Below are positions 59,486 to 64,000 of a stretch of DNA of 64,000 bases, one piece after another; the stretch's first letter is position 1, and each line of letters opens with the position of its first letter. The notes below the pieces were generated by a model. The model was not told the DNA's origin. It saw only the letters and a program-made list of their open reading frames with translations, and ran no database searches. Location of the stretch: positions 3,072,001-3,136,000 of the forward strand of contig OZ241907.1 in NCBI GenBank assembly GCA_965203515.1, written 5' to 3'. This DNA is from Spirochaetia bacterium (GTDB taxonomy: Bacteria; Spirochaetota; Spirochaetia; SZUA-6; Bin103). Both the position numbers and the translations under genes were made by a program.

Positions 59486-60823
59486 GTGAAGCTGCGGGAG
59501 CTGGTAGCGGTCGAGCGGGTGGTGTTCCTGCGCAGCCGCGACAAGCGCGCCGCTCTGGCCGAGCTGGTGCAGGCGGCGGCGCGCTCCGGCGGGCCGCTCG
59601 ATGCGGAGGCGGTGGTCGCCGGACTGTGGCAACGGGAGGCGGCGCTCAGCTCGCGCATGTCCCACCGCATCGCGTTCCCGCACCTGCAGATTCCCGGCTT
59701 CGGGCGGACCCTGGTGGTGATCGGCCGGTCCCGCGACGGCGTCGACTACGACCAGGGCGAAGACGGGCGCGTCGTGTTGATCTTCCTGATCCTGGGCGAC
59801 TCGCTCGACCCGGACGGGCACGTGGCGCTGCTCGCCGACATCGCCGCGACGCTGCGCGACAGCGCCCTGGTCGGGCGGCTGCTGCAGGCCGACCGCCCGG
59901 AGACGGTCTACCGGCTGCTGGTCGGGCCGGACCCGGCGCCGAGCCGCGCCGGAGCCGACCGCATCTCCGCGCGCGTGCTGGTCCACGCGGGCGCGCTGGC
60001 CGCGGAGGTCGAGGCGAGCACGATCATCCTGCACGTGGACGAGGTGTCCCGCCCCATGGTGCGCGAGTTCGGCGCCGCCGGCGGCTTCGGCGCCGAGCGG
60101 CGCGTGATCCTGGCCAGTTCCCGGCCGGCGTCGGAGGCATCGCTGCCGGTCGGGTTCTCCGACCAGGTGCTGATCCCGTTCTCGGTCCCGTCGCGGTCGA
60201 CGCAGGTAGAGGTCGCCATCCTGCTGGCGCTGTCGCGCGGAGTGATCGACCACGCCGACCGCGTCGTCAGCGTCTTCGGGCTGCCGGAGGCCGGGGTGCT
60301 CGACACCGTCGTGGTCTCCGACGTCGGAGTGGAGTTCGAGACCTTCGCGTCCGTGGGCCGGCAGCGGCTGGCCGAGATGGCGCAACGGGGAGTGCTGGAG
60401 CGGGTGCTGCAGATCGGCCGCGAGCTCGCCACCCACGGGCGGGAGGGTCGGCCGGTCGGCGCGCTGTTCGTGGTGGGCGATCACGAGCGGGTGCTCGGCC
60501 ATTCCAGCCAGCTCGTGATGAATCCGTTTCGCGGCTACCCGGACGACGAACGGAACCTGCTCGACCCGGCGCTCGATGAGACGATCAAGGAATACGCGCT
60601 GATGGACGGCGCGTTCGTGGTCCGCCGCGACGGCGTGGTCGAGTCGGCGGGCACCTTCCTGGGCGCCCCGGCCTCGCCCGCGCAGACCCCCGGCCTGGGC
60701 GCCCGGCACGCGGCGGCGGCGGCGATCACGGCGGCCACCGACGCCCTGGGCATCGCCATCTCGGAGTCCTCCGGCGAGACCCGCATCTTCAAGAGCGGCC
60801 AACTCGTCCTCACCATCGGCTGA
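59486..60823 (+). CDS. PTS EIIA(Fru/Ntr)-domain plus DacZ-like middle domain plus DisA_N diadenylate cyclase fusion
   Basis: RE...SS......IAFPH (EIIA phospho-His); EGRPVGALFVVGD, MDGAFVV, GLGARHAAAAAIT and ISESSG (DAC); GTG 7 nt after CATAAT. Confidence 0.88.
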   Translation: MKLRELVAVERVVFLRSRDKRAALAELVQAAARSGGPLDAEAVVAGLWQREAALSSRMSHRIAFPHLQIPGFGRTLVVIGRSRDGVDYDQGEDGRVVLIFLILGDSLDPDGHVALLADIAATLRDSALVGRLLQADRPETVYRLLVGPDPAPSRAGADRISARVLVHAGALAAEVEASTIILHVDEVSRPMVREFGAAGGFGAERRVILASSRPASEASLPVGFSDQVLIPFSVPSRSTQVEVAILLALSRGVIDHADRVVSVFGLPEAGVLDTVVVSDVGVEFETFASVGRQRLAEMAQRGVLERVLQIGRELATHGREGRPVGALFVVGDHERVLGHSSQLVMNPFRGYPDDERNLLDPALDETIKEYALMDGAFVVRRDGVVESAGTFLGAPASPAQTPGLGARHAAAAAITAATDALGIAISESSGETRIFKSGQLVLTIG

Positions 60824-60878
60824 TTGAGAGCGGCCGGCAGGAGAGGTCAGGCGACCGGCTCATCGGTGTCCCCGCCCG

Positions 60879-61355
60879 TTACGCGACGCCCTCCTTGGCG
60901 GTGTCCGGCGGCAGGTTACGGGCGCTCCAGAACATCCCTTCGATGACCCCTTCGACCTTCGACAGCCGGTCCCCGACACCGGTCAGCCGATCGGCGACCA
61001 GTCTGAAGCCCGCCGTCATTTCGTCTCGGAGCTGAGCGTCGCGCTCCTTCATTTCATCTCGGGCCTTGTCGAGCCGGGCTTCGAGCTTGATTACTTCGCC
61101 CCGGAGCCGGCCTTCACTCTCCCTCATTTCGTCCCGGAGCCCGTCGAACCTTGTGTCGAGCCGGCCTTCGAGCTCTTTCATCTCCCCGCTGAGCCGGCCG
61201 TCGAGCTTGTTCATCTCGCCGGTGAGCCGGCCGTCGAGCTTGCTCAGGTCCGTGCGGACCCTCTCCACGTCCTTGTGTATCCAGCGTGTCGAGCCGAACA
61301 TGCCGACGCCAAGGGCGACCGCCGCCCCGATGATCGCTAGCATCTCCCCGCTCAT
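60879..61355 (-). CDS. Membrane-anchored coiled-coil protein with 11-residue repeats
   Basis: Single N-terminal TM; (K/E)L(D/E)GRL.GEM repeats (33-bp unit); C-terminal RLSKVEGVIEG; GGAGG SD. Confidence 0.75.
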   Translation of the reverse strand: MSGEMLAIIGAAVALGVGMFGSTRWIHKDVERVRTDLSKLDGRLTGEMNKLDGRLSGEMKELEGRLDTRFDGLRDEMRESEGRLRGEVIKLEARLDKARDEMKERDAQLRDEMTAGFRLVADRLTGVGDRLSKVEGVIEGMFWSARNLPPDTAKEGVA

Positions 61356-61564
61356 CTGCACCTCCCCGAGCGCCATCCATTCCCCTGTCCAATCCTACCG
61401 ATCGACCGCGGGGCCGTCATCACGCGGGGCGCTGCGCGCGCCCGTTCGGGGGATGGAACGCCCGTTAGCACCATAGACGCGCCGAGTGGCGCTGCCGCTT
61501 CAAAATGCAAGGGTTACAATGCCCTGACAAACGAAGTGATCGACGTCCGACAAGTCGTGAAGCG

Positions 61565-62443
61565 CTACGGCGGGCACTTGGCCGTCGTGGCCGCCCCAAC
61601 TTCCTCGGCCAGGGGTTTCGAAAGGTAGAGCGACTCGATCGTCACCGCGTTTCTGCCCAACAACGTCGCCTGCGACGAACGACCGGCTTCGATCCGCATC
61701 AACACGAGGTTCAAGGATTTCGGCAGCAATCGTCCGTAGGGCGTGTCTCCGACACGACCGTCGTAGCTGACGGCAAACCTGATCCCCCGATCATGCAGGC
61801 CGCTCAGCCCCGAACAGAATCGGTCGAACGTAACGCCCGATGCATAACGATGGTCTCGCGTTCCACTCACCCCCTGGTACGGAGGATCCAGGTAGACGAC
61901 GTCGCCGGTTTCGACAGAAGACAGGACCTCGAGGAAGTCGCGCGACGTGAACGTCGTCCGGCCGCGCAAGAGCGTGGATACCGACGTGATGTTGTCCCGC
62001 ATTCTGGCGGGATTCGTTCCGAGGCGGCGTTTGTCGGGGCTCTGATTGAAATCGCCGTCGCTGTTATAGCGGACGGAGCTCTTGACGCATCTTGCCAGCA
62101 GATACAAGAGCAGCCTGGGGTCGTGCGTGCGATTGAACCGATCTCGGACGGCATGATAGTGGCGCACGTGGTCGGCAGCGCGACCGCGCCAGATCGACCG
62201 ATAGTAGTCCGCTATCTCCTCCGGTCGGTCGACGATCAGCGACAGCAGCTCGGTCAGCGGTCGATTGGCGTCATTCAGCCAGTATTCGTCGCTCCTCGCT
62301 CGGCGGGCGCAGGCCAGAGAGACCGCGGCGGAGCCGGCAAACGGTTCGACCAGACGATTCATCCGGACCGGCAGGTAATCGAGAATTCGCGGCGCAAGCA
62401 GCCGTTTGCTACCCTGATATTGAAACGGCTGCGGGACGCTCAT
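61565..62443 (-). CDS. Orphan Dam/D12-class N6-adenine DNA methyltransferase
   Basis: PFQYQGSKR, VEPFAGSAA, LND.N, VRYN..G.FNQ and VYLDPPY; ATG 62443 about 20 nt after the aspS stop. Confidence 0.9.
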   Translation of the reverse strand: MSVPQPFQYQGSKRLLAPRILDYLPVRMNRLVEPFAGSAAVSLACARRARSDEYWLNDANRPLTELLSLIVDRPEEIADYYRSIWRGRAADHVRHYHAVRDRFNRTHDPRLLLYLLARCVKSSVRYNSDGDFNQSPDKRRLGTNPARMRDNITSVSTLLRGRTTFTSRDFLEVLSSVETGDVVYLDPPYQGVSGTRDHRYASGVTFDRFCSGLSGLHDRGIRFAVSYDGRVGDTPYGRLLPKSLNLVLMRIEAGRSSQATLLGRNAVTIESLYLSKPLAEEVGAATTAKCPP

Positions 62444-62462
62444 GGCGTGGCCGGAGGACCGT

Positions 62463-63764
62463 TCACGGGCGGGTGCGTTTGCGGTCACGGGGGAAGAGGG
62501 TGGCCTCCTTGACGTTTTCCAGGCCGAGCACCTTCTGCGTGAGGCGCTCAAGTCCAATGGCGAAGCCGCCGTGCGGCGGGCAGCCGTAGCGGAACACCTG
62601 CAGGTAGTCGGCCAGCGATTCGACCGACAGGCCGTTGGCCGTGATGCTTTCGGCCAGCAGGTCGTGCTGCTCGATGCGCCGCCCGCCCGTGGTGATCTCC
62701 ACGCCCCGGAACAGCAGGTCGAACGACATCGTCTTGCCGTTCGGCGCCGGATGCGTGTAGAAGGGCCGCTTGCGCCGCGGGTCGCCGTACACGAAGCACC
62801 CCTCGGTGCCGTGCTCGCGCTGCGCCCACGCGCACAGCTCGCGCTCCACCTCCGGCGAGACCTCGTAGACCCGCCGCCCCAACCGGTCGGAGGCGAGCCG
62901 GAGCGCCTGGTCGTGGTTCAGCCGCGGCAGCGCGTCGACCGCCGCCGCGTCCGGCACCGACGCGCCCCAGGCGGCAAGCTCCCGCCCGTTGCGCTCGGCG
63001 ATCGCCGCAAAGATCGTCTTGAGGATGCGCTGCTCCAGGTCCATCAGATCGTGCTCACTGTCGATGAAGGCCAGCTCCACGTCGAGCGACACGTACTCGT
63101 TCAGATGGCGCGGGGTGTCGTGCTTCTCGGCCCGATAGGCGTGACCGACCTCGAACACCCGCTCCAGCCCGGCCGCCACCATCGCCTGCTTGTAGAGCTG
63201 CGGCGATTGCGCCAGGAACACCTCGCGGTCGAAATAGCGCACCGCGAACAGCCCGGTGCCGCCCTCGGTGCCGGAGCCGATCAGCTTGGCGGTCTTGATC
63301 TCCGTGAACCCTTCGCCGCGCAGATGGCGGGCGAAGCTCTCCACGATCGTCGCCTGCACCCGGAAGACGTCGAGCAGCTTGGGGATGCGCAACGCCAGCA
63401 TGCGGTGGTCGAGCTGCGCGTCCAGCGACAGGTTCTCCGGCCGGCCGTTGACCGCCAACGGCAGGTCTCCGGCCGCCGCCGACAGTACGCGATGCTCCTG
63501 CACCTGCACCTCGAACCCGCCGGGCGCGCGCTCGTTGGCCTCCACCGTGCCGGTCGCGGTGATCACCGATTCCGCGGAGACGTCCACCGCGCCGGGGAAC
63601 ACGAGCTGGGCGACGCCGCTTCGGTCGCGCAGCAGCACGAACGCCACGCGGCCGAGCGAACGGACCCGGTGCACCCAGCCGGCGACCGTGACCACGGCGC
63701 CGCGCGCGTCTTCAAGATCGGCGACCAGCGTCCGGTCCGCCCATGCGCCTGCAGCCGCCATCAC
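62463..63764 (-). CDS. aspS: Non-discriminating (archaeal-type) aspartyl-tRNA synthetase
   Basis: Short (433 aa, no GAD insert); GWVHRVR, APGGFE, FLAQSPQLYKQ, YRAEKHDT.RHLNE, GCPPHGGFAIGLER and LFPRD; directly after gatB. Confidence 0.93.
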   Translation of the reverse strand: MMAAAGAWADRTLVADLEDARGAVVTVAGWVHRVRSLGRVAFVLLRDRSGVAQLVFPGAVDVSAESVITATGTVEANERAPGGFEVQVQEHRVLSAAAGDLPLAVNGRPENLSLDAQLDHRMLALRIPKLLDVFRVQATIVESFARHLRGEGFTEIKTAKLIGSGTEGGTGLFAVRYFDREVFLAQSPQLYKQAMVAAGLERVFEVGHAYRAEKHDTPRHLNEYVSLDVELAFIDSEHDLMDLEQRILKTIFAAIAERNGRELAAWGASVPDAAAVDALPRLNHDQALRLASDRLGRRVYEVSPEVERELCAWAQREHGTEGCFVYGDPRRKRPFYTHPAPNGKTMSFDLLFRGVEITTGGRRIEQHDLLAESITANGLSVESLADYLQVFRYGCPPHGGFAIGLERLTQKVLGLENVKEATLFPRDRKRTRP

Positions 63765-64000
63765 TCAGCTCCCACCCGCTCCTGCAGGATGCGGCGGAGC
63801 GGTTCCGGGGCCGCGCGGCCGCCGGTCCGCTTCATCACCTCGCCGATCAGGAAGCCGATCGGCCGCCGATCGCCGTTCCGCAACTGCGCGGCCGCCGCCG
63901 GGAACGCCGCCATCGCGGCATCGACGTACCGGTCCAGCTCCGCGGCGCCGGCGATCAGGCGCAGCCCCTGGCGCTCGACCACCTCGGCCGGATCCAGGTC
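63761..64000 (-). CDS. gatB: GatB C-terminal (Yqey) domain, partial; 5' end outside the window
   Basis: VERQGLRLI....L...VD......P......G.....GFLIGEVMKRTGGRA.P. Confidence 0.8.
   Translation of the reverse strand, partial: DLDPAEVVERQGLRLIAGAAELDRYVDAAMAAFPAAAAQLRNGDRRPIGFLIGEVMKRTGGRAAPEPLRRILQERVGAE

Overview
High-GC (roughly 70% by eye) bacterial chromosome segment. It most likely comes from a Spirochaetia lineage: it has an archaeal/eukaryote-type PheRS, an 'FAxGxEE' signal peptide on a sugar-binding protein, an EIIA-DAC fusion and a DAH7PS-PDT fusion. The many AAA/PD-(D/E)XK genes, orphan methyltransferases and gene scraps resemble host-associated (e.g. sponge-symbiont) genomes; that is inference. 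The housekeeping and metabolic backbone is aapJQM, ilvC, alr, a sugar ABC transporter, rsmG-uppP-ftsK, an ABC-2 exporter, an Opp-family importer, fdhA, prpB/prpC/prpD, rlpA, tRNA-Arg(CCT), nadE, pheST, argS, ND-aspS and the 3' end of gatB. Three accessory patches are interleaved (about 12.4-21.1 kb, 38.7-43.3 kb and 53.7-57.7 kb). They hold R-M/TA/AAA genes and fragments, plus an intact ISL3 with an 8-bp target duplication. Most notable: (1) A phenylalanine locus with two apparent pseudoenzymes back to back. One is a type I-beta DAH7P synthase domain lacking three of four metal ligands and the KPRT/S motif, fused to an intact prephenate dehydratase. The other is an HD-fold protein with HD->HN and DAD->DAN that heads the pheST run. 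(2) A recurring leaderless-type architecture, with a -10 hexamer 5-8 nt before the start codon and no SD. (3) Four intact DNA methyltransferases whose nuclease partners are truncated, frameshifted or absent. (4) A PTS-EIIA-diadenylate cyclase fusion. All family assignments are by motif recognition from memory; no database search was run.
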